Below are positions 20,438 through 29,304 of a stretch of 64,000 nt of DNA, piece by piece. Within the stretch, counting starts at the first letter, position 1. Each line of letters opens with the position of its first letter. Under the pieces are notes generated by a model, which was not told the origin of the DNA, did no database searches, and worked only from the letters and a program-made list of their open reading frames with translations. The DNA lies in contig JBGSPC010000069.1 of the NCBI GenBank assembly GCA_041738805.1, positions 19,610-83,609 on the forward strand, read 5' to 3'. The stretch is from Terrimicrobiaceae bacterium. Lineage in GTDB: Bacteria > Verrucomicrobiota > Verrucomicrobiia > Chthoniobacterales > Terrimicrobiaceae. The position numbers were made by a program, and so were the translations under genes.

Positions 20438-21100
20438 ATGAGCAAGACCATTCACGACATTCCTGAGGCCGACCGACCGCGGGAGAAACTCCTGCGCAAA
20501 GGCGCTGCGGCTCTGAGCGACCAGGAATTGCTCGCTGTGCTCCTCGGCAAAGGCACCACAAAAATTGACGTAATGACACTGGCACGGAACGTCAGCACGG
20601 TCGCAGACAAGAAAGGCTTGGAACTAACGGTTGATGACCTTGTGGGCCTCGAAGGGATGGGCAATAGCAAGGCTATGATTCTCATCGCCGCCATCGAGTT
20701 CGCCCGCCGCCGCATCAAACCGGAGGGAGCGAAGATCGTGACCCCTGCCGACCTGCTCCCACACATACGTCACTACGCTGACCGCAAGCAGGAGCATTTC
20801 CTCTGCGCCAGCATCAATGGTGCGAACGAGATTTTGAACATCCGGGTAGTTTCCATCGGGTTGATCGACCGCAGCCCCGTGCATCCCCGTGAAGTCTTCG
20901 CTGATGCTCTGGCAGATCGCGCTTCCGCTGTCATCGTGGCTCACAACCACCCGAGTGGTGGCCTCACTCCTTCGCCCAACGATTTGGACATGACTTCGCA
21001 GCTCAAATCAGCAGGCCTGATCGTTGGCATCGAGTTGCTTGATCATATAATCTTTAACAGGACCGATTATTTTAGCTTTTTGGAGGAAGGGAGTTTTTAG
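20438..21100 (+). CDS. RadC-like JAB/MPN+ domain protein
   Basis: It has the RadC N-terminus (PREKLLRKGAAALSDQELLAVLLGKG). The JAMM motif is VAHNHPSGGLTPSPNDLDMT (HxHx7Sx2D). It lies 5 nt downstream of the hsdR stop. Confidence 0.85.
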   Translation: MSKTIHDIPEADRPREKLLRKGAAALSDQELLAVLLGKGTTKIDVMTLARNVSTVADKKGLELTVDDLVGLEGMGNSKAMILIAAIEFARRRIKPEGAKIVTPADLLPHIRHYADRKQEHFLCASINGANEILNIRVVSIGLIDRSPVHPREVFADALADRASAVIVAHNHPSGGLTPSPNDLDMTSQLKSAGLIVGIELLDHIIFNRTDYFSFLEEGSF

Positions 21101-21225
21101 TTTCAATCAATTCCTCGCGAGAGGCAAGGAAGAGGACGAGATGTCACAAGCTACGTCGGGTTTTGCTGCGCGAGGCTCCCTGAGGTTGTTTACGGCAACC
21201 GGGCCCCACAGCCATTTTTTCCGCA

Positions 21226-22350
21226 TCATCCGGCTTTCTCAAAAACCTCAACGTCGTAAACATTGCCGGAAAAGCGCGTTCCGATCGGCGTGAATCCCGA
21301 GGTGGCTGCCAGCGTCTGCAAGTTTTCGGGTTTGCGATAGCGGAAACGTTTGCCGAAAATCTCCAGGATTCTTGTCGCGGCGGAATCGCGATGGGTGTTC
21401 ACAATCAGGTGACCACCCGGAGCGGTTTCTTTTGCCACGGCGTGCATGAGATCTTCCGCGTTTGGCTTTCCGGTTGGAGAGCCTTCCCCGAGCCGCTCCT
21501 CCGTGGTGGTGTAAGTGTGACCCGTGAAATATTCCAAAATCCCGACCGCTGTCACCACATGATACGGTTCCTCCTGCTCTGCGCCCGGCGAAGGCTGGAA
21601 GATATCTTCCGCCTGCGCAAACAAACCAAAGGATGCATTCCCCGTGCGATCAATCAGGTCCCGCAGGCGGGGAAGTTTCTCAATGAGCTGGATGGTTTTT
21701 TTGCAGTGCGCAAGATCCCGGTCCGAAATGACGGCACGGATCAATTTGGGGTCATGTCCGTCGCGCAGCAACCGATCACAAGCCACGATCACACTCAAGC
21801 CTGTTCCGGCGGCAAAAGCTTTGATGCGAACGGGCTCTCCACGTTTCAACCGCCGGGATGCGAGTTCGTGCGTGAGACGGGTTTCCCATCCAAAGCGAAC
21901 CTGCACATCGCGGCTGGGGACAGAATCCAGCAAAAGACGGTCCCACAGGCCGGCGCTTCGATGGACCTCAGGGGAAAGCAACATGTAGATGGCGTTCATG
22001 GGGTCACCGCCCTCCACAAGAAAAGCTGTTTCACCCCTCGAGGGTTGCAGGAGGGTCATCGTGTAAGGATGTCCGGTGCGTTCAAGAATGCGGTTACGAT
22101 ACGCCACCACTTTTCTCCCGTCCGGCGCTGTGCGAACCTCCTCCCGCGTGGTTTTTTGCATCAACCAAAACACAAAGCCGGTCATGGCCCGCCGCAGACC
22201 GGTCAGCGGCTTGCGCTCCGGCCCTTCAAAAATCTGCCAGCTCAGTCCATCAATCAGCTCGCGGGAAGCCTCCTCCTTGCCCTCCCCGTAAAGCACCGCC
22301 ATGGCCTGCATAGGGGACAGCCCGGCGACTTTCGTGCGCCCGCCAGTCAT
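21226..22350 (-). CDS. Class I SAM-dependent methyltransferase with an N-terminal extension domain
   Basis: Rossmann motif I-like AFAAGTGLSVIVACDRLL is followed by an acidic post-I residue pattern (VISDRD). I chose the start at internal MTGGRTKVAG (22350) so that it abuts the upstream gene's stop at 22347. The ORF track start at 22467 would overlap that gene. Confidence 0.55.
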   Translation of the reverse strand: MTGGRTKVAGLSPMQAMAVLYGEGKEEASRELIDGLSWQIFEGPERKPLTGLRRAMTGFVFWLMQKTTREEVRTAPDGRKVVAYRNRILERTGHPYTMTLLQPSRGETAFLVEGGDPMNAIYMLLSPEVHRSAGLWDRLLLDSVPSRDVQVRFGWETRLTHELASRRLKRGEPVRIKAFAAGTGLSVIVACDRLLRDGHDPKLIRAVISDRDLAHCKKTIQLIEKLPRLRDLIDRTGNASFGLFAQAEDIFQPSPGAEQEEPYHVVTAVGILEYFTGHTYTTTEERLGEGSPTGKPNAEDLMHAVAKETAPGGHLIVNTHRDSAATRILEIFGKRFRYRKPENLQTLAATSGFTPIGTRFSGNVYDVEVFEKAG

Positions 22351-23987
22351 CGGAGATGTTCGTTCAGGATCCGCTTGATTTCGACCATTCCCAGCGGGTG
22401 CAAATGGCTCCAGTGGCCGCTTGGAATCACTTGCTCGCTTCTGGCTCCCGCCACATGACTGCTCCAATAAGGAACGATGCCATCGTTGCTGTAGGGCTTC
22501 GTGCGATCGAGATGACCGCCACGGCCACGATCACCAATCAGGGAGTGAAATGGAACGCCGGCTTTGAGGGGGATGGCATTAGCGGTTATCAGGAACCGGT
22601 TTTCAGGATCAAGCATATCAATGCTGTTTGGAAGGCGGTGCCGACCACCCACCCGAACCTCCGGCCTCACAAAGGAATACACCTCCTTGTTGACCTTGCT
22701 CTGGGAAATGGGGTTACCCACAAGGGTGGCACCAAGACGTCCCATGAAACCGGTGGCCATATCGCTGCCCCGATGGGAAGCGGACAAAAAGACCACCCGG
22801 GAGACATTTTTCTGGGATCCAAAAATTAGAGACCGGCTCATGACATTCCTTGCTTCGTTTGAAAACGGGATTTGGTCGGGTGACCGGTCAAAAAAAGTAT
22901 TCCAGATTTTCATGCCACTGTCGGTCATGAGCAGCCGGCTGATCATTCCGCCCATGCTGTGCCCGATCAAAACGATATCTTTGTGGTCGGGGTGAAGTTT
23001 TCTCATCTTATCAAGCTGATATCTCAAAATCGCGGCGGACATGGGATACGGAAGCCCCGTGGGATAACCGAAAACCCAGAACTGATAGTTTCGCCGGATC
23101 TTTGGATCGCTCCGAAGAAACTCAATCACCGGCGAGAAAATCGCAGGGGAATTGCTCAGACCGTGCACAAACAGAACCGGAATTTTTCTGGGATTGTAGG
23201 GTTCAAGCGGCACAAGCTTTGCGGAGTTTTCGAAGAGATCAGGACGGAACATCTCCCGGAGTTCGAAGCGCCTCACGTTGAACCCGGCCAGTGACATGGC
23301 CAGCGGCGCCTGCACGTCGGCCGCGAGGGTGTAGGTATGATTGTCGAGTTTTAGAGTTTCCTGCTCCAGGGGATCGGAGAACATCAGATCGCATTTCCGG
23401 CCGGAAAACCGCACCGATGCGGTGAGCCCATAAAAGAGGTTCTCGGACCATGCGGCGTTGGCGGTTCGTGTGGGTTCCGGCCTTTTGACGTTGGCCACCA
23501 CCGGTGCTCCCAACCCGGTCATGGCAGCCCTTTCACCCACAAGTTTGCCACGGAACGTCAGTCGGTCTGTGGAGGCAAATTCCAGTTTCGAGGGGTGGAA
23601 TTGCGGGCGGGGGTCCGGAGGGATAAGCCCGAGTTTCCATGGTTCTCCGGTCGCGGAAGGACAAATCAGCCGCTCTTCCCAAGGGGTCAGGCCCTTGTTG
23701 GAAACAATCTCAACCACCCTGGCGACCGCAAAATTGTAATCACTTTGGGCAAGAACGTCTTTGGGATCGGAGGCCAGACGGAGCCGTGCCGCATTCGCCG
23801 CATCCAGATAGCCACCAATTTGTGCCAAAGGATCGTCTGGAAGCTTCTCCATGGATTTGACCACCACCCTTTGTTGCTCCGTGGTTGCCAGGGTGGCAGT
23901 CCGGCGATGCTCCTGCACGCGGGCGTATTGGGCGCAACCGGTGAGAAGAGACACGAGGGCAAGCAGTGAGGGTATACTGATTTTCAT
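22347..23987 (-). CDS. Lipoprotein alpha/beta-hydrolase (lipase/esterase-type, GHSMGG nucleophile elbow)
   Basis: Lipoprotein signal with lipobox (SLLALVSLLTGCA). The C-terminal hydrolase domain has VLFVHGLSNSP (oxyanion region) and LIGHSMGGMISRLL (GxSxG). Confidence 0.6.
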   Translation of the reverse strand: MKISIPSLLALVSLLTGCAQYARVQEHRRTATLATTEQQRVVVKSMEKLPDDPLAQIGGYLDAANAARLRLASDPKDVLAQSDYNFAVARVVEIVSNKGLTPWEERLICPSATGEPWKLGLIPPDPRPQFHPSKLEFASTDRLTFRGKLVGERAAMTGLGAPVVANVKRPEPTRTANAAWSENLFYGLTASVRFSGRKCDLMFSDPLEQETLKLDNHTYTLAADVQAPLAMSLAGFNVRRFELREMFRPDLFENSAKLVPLEPYNPRKIPVLFVHGLSNSPAIFSPVIEFLRSDPKIRRNYQFWVFGYPTGLPYPMSAAILRYQLDKMRKLHPDHKDIVLIGHSMGGMISRLLMTDSGMKIWNTFFDRSPDQIPFSNEARNVMSRSLIFGSQKNVSRVVFLSASHRGSDMATGFMGRLGATLVGNPISQSKVNKEVYSFVRPEVRVGGRHRLPNSIDMLDPENRFLITANAIPLKAGVPFHSLIGDRGRGGHLDRTKPYSNDGIVPYWSSHVAGARSEQVIPSGHWSHLHPLGMVEIKRILNEHLR

Positions 23988-24014
23988 GAAGGTGATTCGA
24001 CGGTCCTGGGGTGG

Positions 24015-24602
24015 TTATCGGGTTTTATCTTTGCCCAGAAGACCAGTCTTTATCGAGGATTGCAGAGGTTTGCCAATCCAAAGACGCAGAAGCGCATGAT
24101 AAAAATCCCGGCCGGGAATCGCGGCTTGCCTCTCACCATCCACCATAACCACGGTCCCCTCCGATGGAAGGTAGTCAATGGTGATTTCTGACCCCTTGTT
24201 GAGGTCCGCGCCATTCTGAAACGCTTTAAAAAAAACTTCGAGCTCCTCTGCAAAAACGCCCTGCTCCAACGCCGTGAGATTTTTGTCCAGATTATCCCGC
24301 ACGGCAGAGGCAAACTTCTCTTCTGGCACGGATCGAAGCATGATGATCTTGAGGCGCTTCGGCCCATGGTTGTGGTCCATAATTCCGGCCTCGTCATCGG
24401 TTGCATGACTCACATACAGGCCGGCATCATACACCCCGATCCCGAAGACGCTCCGTGTTGCCGTTCCATTGAGAACAAGCGCCAGCCCACCCAGATCAAT
24501 GGGCTCGGGAAACCCGTCTTTGGGACCGCCGAAGGCTGCGCTTATCATGCTCAGGGCGACCAATGCAAAACATCCGGGGAGAGAAAAATTAAAACGCATC
24601 AT
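24015..24602 (-). CDS. Secreted chalcone-isomerase-fold (CHI-like / fatty-acid-binding-protein-like) protein
   Basis: Signal peptide (MMRFNFSLPGCFALVALSMISAAFG). The core LALVLNGTATRSVFGIGVYDAGLYV matches the conserved CHI-like strand (L.G.G.R...KVYA.GLY). I took the start at the internal MM at 24602 rather than the ORF track start at 24686. Confidence 0.55.
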   Translation of the reverse strand: MMRFNFSLPGCFALVALSMISAAFGGPKDGFPEPIDLGGLALVLNGTATRSVFGIGVYDAGLYVSHATDDEAGIMDHNHGPKRLKIIMLRSVPEEKFASAVRDNLDKNLTALEQGVFAEELEVFFKAFQNGADLNKGSEITIDYLPSEGTVVMVDGERQAAIPGRDFYHALLRLWIGKPLQSSIKTGLLGKDKTR

Positions 24603-24654
24603 TGGCAAATATCGGTCAGTTCCAGGCGTAAATCCATGGGTAATACAGCTTAGA

Positions 24655-26115
24655 TCACTGAAACACAAGATCCTCAACAAAGGCATTGGTTTCGATTGCC
24701 CCCTCTTCGGCTGTCAGGACTGGCCTTCCGTCAATCCAGAGATTCTCGAAATGCACACCTTTGACAATTCGGTCAGCATCGTGTCCAAGAATCCGATTGC
24801 GCTCTTTATTCGGTCCTTCCAACCGGATGTTTTTAAACCTGACGTCCTGAATCCTGTCTCCAAAATCCCTGGTGTAAACATTGTTCACAAACCGGATATC
24901 AATCAGGTTACCGGCCTCCAGCGGGCTCACGCGGATGTTTTCAAAGTGGATATCCCGGATCGTTTGCCGGTCGGAAGCCATGATGGCCAGAGCTCCCCGG
25001 AATCCCTCGCTGCTCTCTGCGCTCCGCAGGATGTCGATGTTGAGAAAGCGCACGCTTTCTGTCATGTGCTCGGCAGGATCGCCGCTGGCACCTTCCGGCC
25101 CGATGAGAAGGGCATGCGCGCGGTCGGGCCAAAGAACGCAATTTTGCATGACGATGTTGCGATTGCGTTGTGTCACGCCTGCCGGGTTTTTTGCGTCACC
25201 AAGTTTGACAGAGATGCAATCGTCCCCGTTCCGGATAAAACAATCCTCGATTAGCAAGTCCTGACTTCCGCGGGGATTGATGCCGTCGGTTTCTGTCATC
25301 CATGAGATAATTTTCACATTGCGGACGATGGCATTCCGGACCTGATGCAAATGGACGTTCCATGCGGGAGCATCGAGAATCACAAGGCCTTCCATGCGGA
25401 GTTCATTAGCATTGCCGATATAGACCATTGTCGGGCGGTCGGAGTCGGCCGAATGATCAAAGTTTGACCCGCAAAGGATACCGCGTCCACGAATGGTGAG
25501 ATGATCTTTGCCGCCTGTATCGATCTTGCCGTAAACAATAGCGCCACCTGCCACATAAACCGTGGAACCCGCTTTCATCGCGATGGTCCCGCGTCCATCC
25601 CCCCCGAGCAAATGCAGGCCCGGCCCAAAATACGTGATGCCAGGTCCCTCGGCCAGGATTGGCTCCGCCTCCAACGGGTTGGCAAAAACAAGGAGGTTTC
25701 CAAAAATATCACCGTCGAACTCGATGGAATATTGTCCGGTCCGGTTCAAGCGGATCACTGTCTCGTCTTCCTGATGATTCACGCTGACTTGCGCAAAGCC
25801 GGGTCGGACGTTCACACGTTCGGATTTTCGAACAGGTCGAACCCGCACTTCGATGCCTTCGGCAAAATCGGAATCAAACATCACAAAGCCAGTGTGAGCA
25901 GTGCCCTCTTTTCCAACCACCGCATCATAAACAAACACCGGCTTCCACGCACCTGATGCTTCCCGCACCTGCACGGAATAAGCTCCGTTTAGCGGAGCCC
26001 CCTGAGGCGCCTCATGGATCACCAGCTCCGCTCTGGCCTGGAAGCAGGTCGCAAAACAAATAAGCATAGCAGACGCAGCCATTCGGGAATTGCCATAAAC
26101 CATAAATCCCATCAT
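24655..26115 (-). CDS. Glycoside hydrolase family 28-like (polygalacturonase-type right-handed beta-helix) secreted enzyme
   Basis: N-terminal signal (MAASAMLICFATCFQARA). GH28-type motifs are present: TETDGINP (NTDG-like), IRNGDDCISV (GDDC), LLIGPEG and RFLNI (RIK-like). Confidence 0.7.
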   Translation of the reverse strand: MMGFMVYGNSRMAASAMLICFATCFQARAELVIHEAPQGAPLNGAYSVQVREASGAWKPVFVYDAVVGKEGTAHTGFVMFDSDFAEGIEVRVRPVRKSERVNVRPGFAQVSVNHQEDETVIRLNRTGQYSIEFDGDIFGNLLVFANPLEAEPILAEGPGITYFGPGLHLLGGDGRGTIAMKAGSTVYVAGGAIVYGKIDTGGKDHLTIRGRGILCGSNFDHSADSDRPTMVYIGNANELRMEGLVILDAPAWNVHLHQVRNAIVRNVKIISWMTETDGINPRGSQDLLIEDCFIRNGDDCISVKLGDAKNPAGVTQRNRNIVMQNCVLWPDRAHALLIGPEGASGDPAEHMTESVRFLNIDILRSAESSEGFRGALAIMASDRQTIRDIHFENIRVSPLEAGNLIDIRFVNNVYTRDFGDRIQDVRFKNIRLEGPNKERNRILGHDADRIVKGVHFENLWIDGRPVLTAEEGAIETNAFVEDLVFQ

Positions 26116-26275
26116 CGCGTAATCCTAGGGCGAAGTGAAGAGGTTCATGTCACAGGTGCCGGATATGGGAACGGGCATGACAGCCCTGTGGGTGCGGTTC
26201 TGAAGTGGTGAAACTCCCTTGCCCTCTGCGATCAGGTGACGTGAAGAGACACCGCAGCGGCCGGGGTCCGCATCT

Positions 26276-26677
26276 CTAAACCAAATCACTTTCAAAAAGC
26301 TCGACGATTTCTCCGTCGGGTCCCTTGAAAAACGCGATGTGGACGGGCACCGGGCCGGTGGTTGATTCGATTGTGAGGGATTTTGGCTCCATGGTGATCG
26401 TCATCCCCGCGTCCCGCACCTTTTCAAGCATGGCGGGGCAGTCATCTGTGCGAAGCGCAAAATGGAGGAGTGTCCCCACACCTTCTGCGGCGGCCTCGGG
26501 TTTCTCGAAGATTTCCACGTGGCATCGATCGCCAGCGTGAAGCATGATCGCGCGGTTGGGGCGTTCCCCCCAGGCAATTTTTTCCTCCAGTCCGAGTACG
26601 GATTTGTAAAAATTGACGCTACCGTCAAAGTCGGACGAATGAATTGCGGTGTGATGGAAGCCGGTGATCTTTGCCAT
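26276..26677 (-). CDS. VOC-family (glyoxalase/bleomycin-resistance/dioxygenase fold) protein
   Basis: KITGFHHTAIHSSDFDGSVNFYKSVLGL is the VOC beta-alpha-beta-beta-beta N-module. It ends in GEIVELFE. The start is taken at the internal MAKITG. Confidence 0.7.
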   Translation of the reverse strand: MAKITGFHHTAIHSSDFDGSVNFYKSVLGLEEKIAWGERPNRAIMLHAGDRCHVEIFEKPEAAAEGVGTLLHFALRTDDCPAMLEKVRDAGMTITMEPKSLTIESTTGPVPVHIAFFKGPDGEIVELFESDLV

Positions 26678-26800
26678 GAGGTTTTCAGGGTCCCATGGAT
26701 CGCACGCCACAACAAGCCGGGGTTTCTTTTAGCCGAAGGAACAAGCTGCTGTGAAACCTTGAGTCCGGTCCGGATCTCTGACTGAATCCCCACTCCACCC

Positions 26801-27679
26801 ATGCCCGCACCCACCCTGTTGATTCCTCTGTTGGCCGCCCTCGGGTATTCCATTTGTGCACTGTGCTTCAAGCGGGCCGTTCAGGAGGGTGTGGGGCTTT
26901 GGCGTATTTGTTTTGTTTCCAACATCGTGATGGGAGTGGGTTTCAGCGTGTTCTGGAGCGGACAGCTCCCGCAAGGGGCACAGTGGATGCCACCCCTCGT
27001 GGCAGGCAGTTTGTTTTTTCTGGGTCAAATATTGAATTTTTTGGCAATTGAGCGGGGGGATGTTTCCGTGGCAACCCCCCTGCTGGGCGTGAAAGTTTTT
27101 TTGGTTGCGGTCTTCACGGTGATTGTGCTCGCCGAGAAGGTTTCGGCCGGGTTGTGGGTGGCCTCGGGGCTGCTCTTTTTTGCGGTTTGGATGTTGCGCG
27201 GAAAATCGCCATCCGCCCGGCTTCGCAGTCAGTCCGCCATCGTGTTTGCCATTCTTGGCTCAGTGGCCTTTGCCCTGGCGGATGTGACCGTTCAAAAATA
27301 TGCCCCGTCCACCGGCACCTCGGTTTTTTTGCCAATGATGTTTTGGACGAATGCTCTACTTTCCATTCCGTTGATCAGCCGGTTTCGCGGCTCTAATTTT
27401 GCGTTTTCTCGCAGCACGGTGAGCTGGCTATTTGGCGGGGCTGTTCTGTTTGCCTTTTCTGCCATTGCGGTGACATGGACGATTGCCACCTACGGGCAGG
27501 CCGTGATTGTTAATGTGGCCTATGCCACCCGCGGATTTTTTTCGGTGATCGTGGTCTGGAGTGTTGGTCACTTGGCAAACAACTCGGAAAGGTCCCTTGG
27601 AACTTCTGAGATGCTACGCCGATTGGTTTCCGCTGTGCTTATCCTTATCGCATTGTTTTTGGCAGCGTTTTCCGTTTGA
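26801..27679 (+). CDS. DMT-superfamily (EamA-like) 10-TM permease
   Basis: The protein is hydrophobic throughout, with two repeated 5-helix halves and an EamA-like pattern (LLGQILNFLAIERGDVSVATPLLGVKVFLVAVF). Confidence 0.65.
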   Translation: MPAPTLLIPLLAALGYSICALCFKRAVQEGVGLWRICFVSNIVMGVGFSVFWSGQLPQGAQWMPPLVAGSLFFLGQILNFLAIERGDVSVATPLLGVKVFLVAVFTVIVLAEKVSAGLWVASGLLFFAVWMLRGKSPSARLRSQSAIVFAILGSVAFALADVTVQKYAPSTGTSVFLPMMFWTNALLSIPLISRFRGSNFAFSRSTVSWLFGGAVLFAFSAIAVTWTIATYGQAVIVNVAYATRGFFSVIVVWSVGHLANNSERSLGTSEMLRRLVSAVLILIALFLAAFSV

Positions 27680-27689
27680 TACTCTTGAA

Positions 27690-29120
27690 ATGATGAAACG
27701 AAGTTGTGCGGGCGTTGGCGGATCATCCACACGATGGGCTACCACAAAGATGCTGAGTTTCGCAGGCCTCCCGCCCATGGTGAGGGCTGCTCTGGCATCA
27801 ATCCTTATCGCGACCTCCTCTCTTAGCGGCATGGACCTGCCGGATGACACCGTGATTTATGGCGTTCTGCCAACCCTGTTTAATTCGGATGAACCGCTCA
27901 ACGGGGTCACAGGACAGCTCGATGCGCTGCGTGACCTTGGCGTCACGGTGCTCTGGCTGTCTCCGCTCACCGTGTCCGATGATCCCAGCCACATCAGTTA
28001 CGCGGTGACGGATTATCGCAGACTTCGTGCGGACTTTGGAACACCCCGGGACCTCAAGACCCTGGTGAAGGAGGCTCACGCTCGCGGGATGAAAGTGATT
28101 CTGGATTTTGTGCCCAATCACACGTCCTCCAAACATCCCTGGTTTTTGGATGCTCAGAAAAAAGGCAAAGAGTCGATGTTTGCCAATTATTATCAACAGG
28201 ACTCCCAAGGAAACCCGGTCCATTATTTTGATTGGGAAAATTTGCCCAATCTGAACTTTGACAATCCCCGGGTGCGGGAAGAAATCACGTCCGCCATGAA
28301 ATTTTGGATCGAGGAATATGGGGTCGACGGGTTTCGGATGGATGCAGTTTGGGGAGTTCGTGAGCGCAAGGCGCAGGCCCTTCGTTCTCTCTGTGCCGAG
28401 GTCCTTGCGGCCCATCCGAACACCATTCTGATCGCTGAAGCCGGGGCAGGAGATCCGTTCTACTTTGAGCAGGGATTCCAGGTGGCCTATGACTGGACGG
28501 ACAGGCTGGGCGAATGGGCCTGGGAGGAGGAGTTTGCCAAGCCCGTTCCTGACGGACGGAAGTTGGCTGCGCTGGCCATGGAAGGGGCCGACCCGCAAAA
28601 GACCCTGCGATTCCTTAATAACAATGACACGGGAGATCGCTTTGTCACCAAACACGGGCTCGAACGAACCCGCGCGGCTGCGGTTTTCCAGCTCACCGTG
28701 CCTGGAATTCCTCTTGTGTATTCCGGGGATGAAATCGCGGCCGAGTTTGATCCTTACGATGACAGCCCGCCTTTGTCATGGAAGGACCCGCATAATTTTC
28801 GTGCTTTCTACAAACACTTGATCGTCCTGCGAAAAAGCATTCCTGCTCTGAGCGCCGGAAAGATGGAGTTGGTGGAGGCCGTTGATGCACCGTCAGTGAG
28901 TGCTTACCTTCGGCGGGTTGATGAGAGTTCCTGGGCTTTGGTCGTTGTTAATTTCGGAGAAGATAAGGAAGTTGTTTTTTTAATACCGGAGTCCGTAAAA
29001 ATTCCGGGAAGCGCGGTTTGGGATACCCTGAACGGGTGCTCCGTGCCGGTTGGTGAAGGGCGTTCCATCTCGCTCTTCCTTCATGAAAACAGCGCGGCCA
29101 TCTTGATGCCAGCCAGGTAG
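27690..29120 (+). CDS. GH13 alpha-amylase-family glycoside hydrolase (secreted)
   Basis: GH13 conserved regions are VILDFVPNHTS (region I), GFRMDAV (region II, catalytic Asp) and the downstream EAGAGDP/FLNNND regions. The start is moved to ATG 27690 (MMKRS..., in frame) to avoid overlap with the permease. Confidence 0.8.
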   Translation: MMKRSCAGVGGSSTRWATTKMLSFAGLPPMVRAALASILIATSSLSGMDLPDDTVIYGVLPTLFNSDEPLNGVTGQLDALRDLGVTVLWLSPLTVSDDPSHISYAVTDYRRLRADFGTPRDLKTLVKEAHARGMKVILDFVPNHTSSKHPWFLDAQKKGKESMFANYYQQDSQGNPVHYFDWENLPNLNFDNPRVREEITSAMKFWIEEYGVDGFRMDAVWGVRERKAQALRSLCAEVLAAHPNTILIAEAGAGDPFYFEQGFQVAYDWTDRLGEWAWEEEFAKPVPDGRKLAALAMEGADPQKTLRFLNNNDTGDRFVTKHGLERTRAAAVFQLTVPGIPLVYSGDEIAAEFDPYDDSPPLSWKDPHNFRAFYKHLIVLRKSIPALSAGKMELVEAVDAPSVSAYLRRVDESSWALVVVNFGEDKEVVFLIPESVKIPGSAVWDTLNGCSVPVGEGRSISLFLHENSAAILMPAR

Positions 29121-29304
29121 GCCCTGCCGGCAGCTCAATCTCCCCCTCGGTGGCGGCGTAGCTCCCCCGTCGTCTGTGACCCTCCACAAACCTGGAAATT
29201 TCCGTCTCCCCCTTGATTCCGCAGGGCGCTGGCTTAACGTGATGGAATATCTGCAATGACTTTGACCTCTAACACCGGGAACCAACCCGCCCAAGCCAAG
29301 CTTC

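Noticed and set aside
18931-20451. 506-aa minus-strand ORF inside hsdR
   Set aside because: Antisense shadow of HsdR with no motifs and biased composition.
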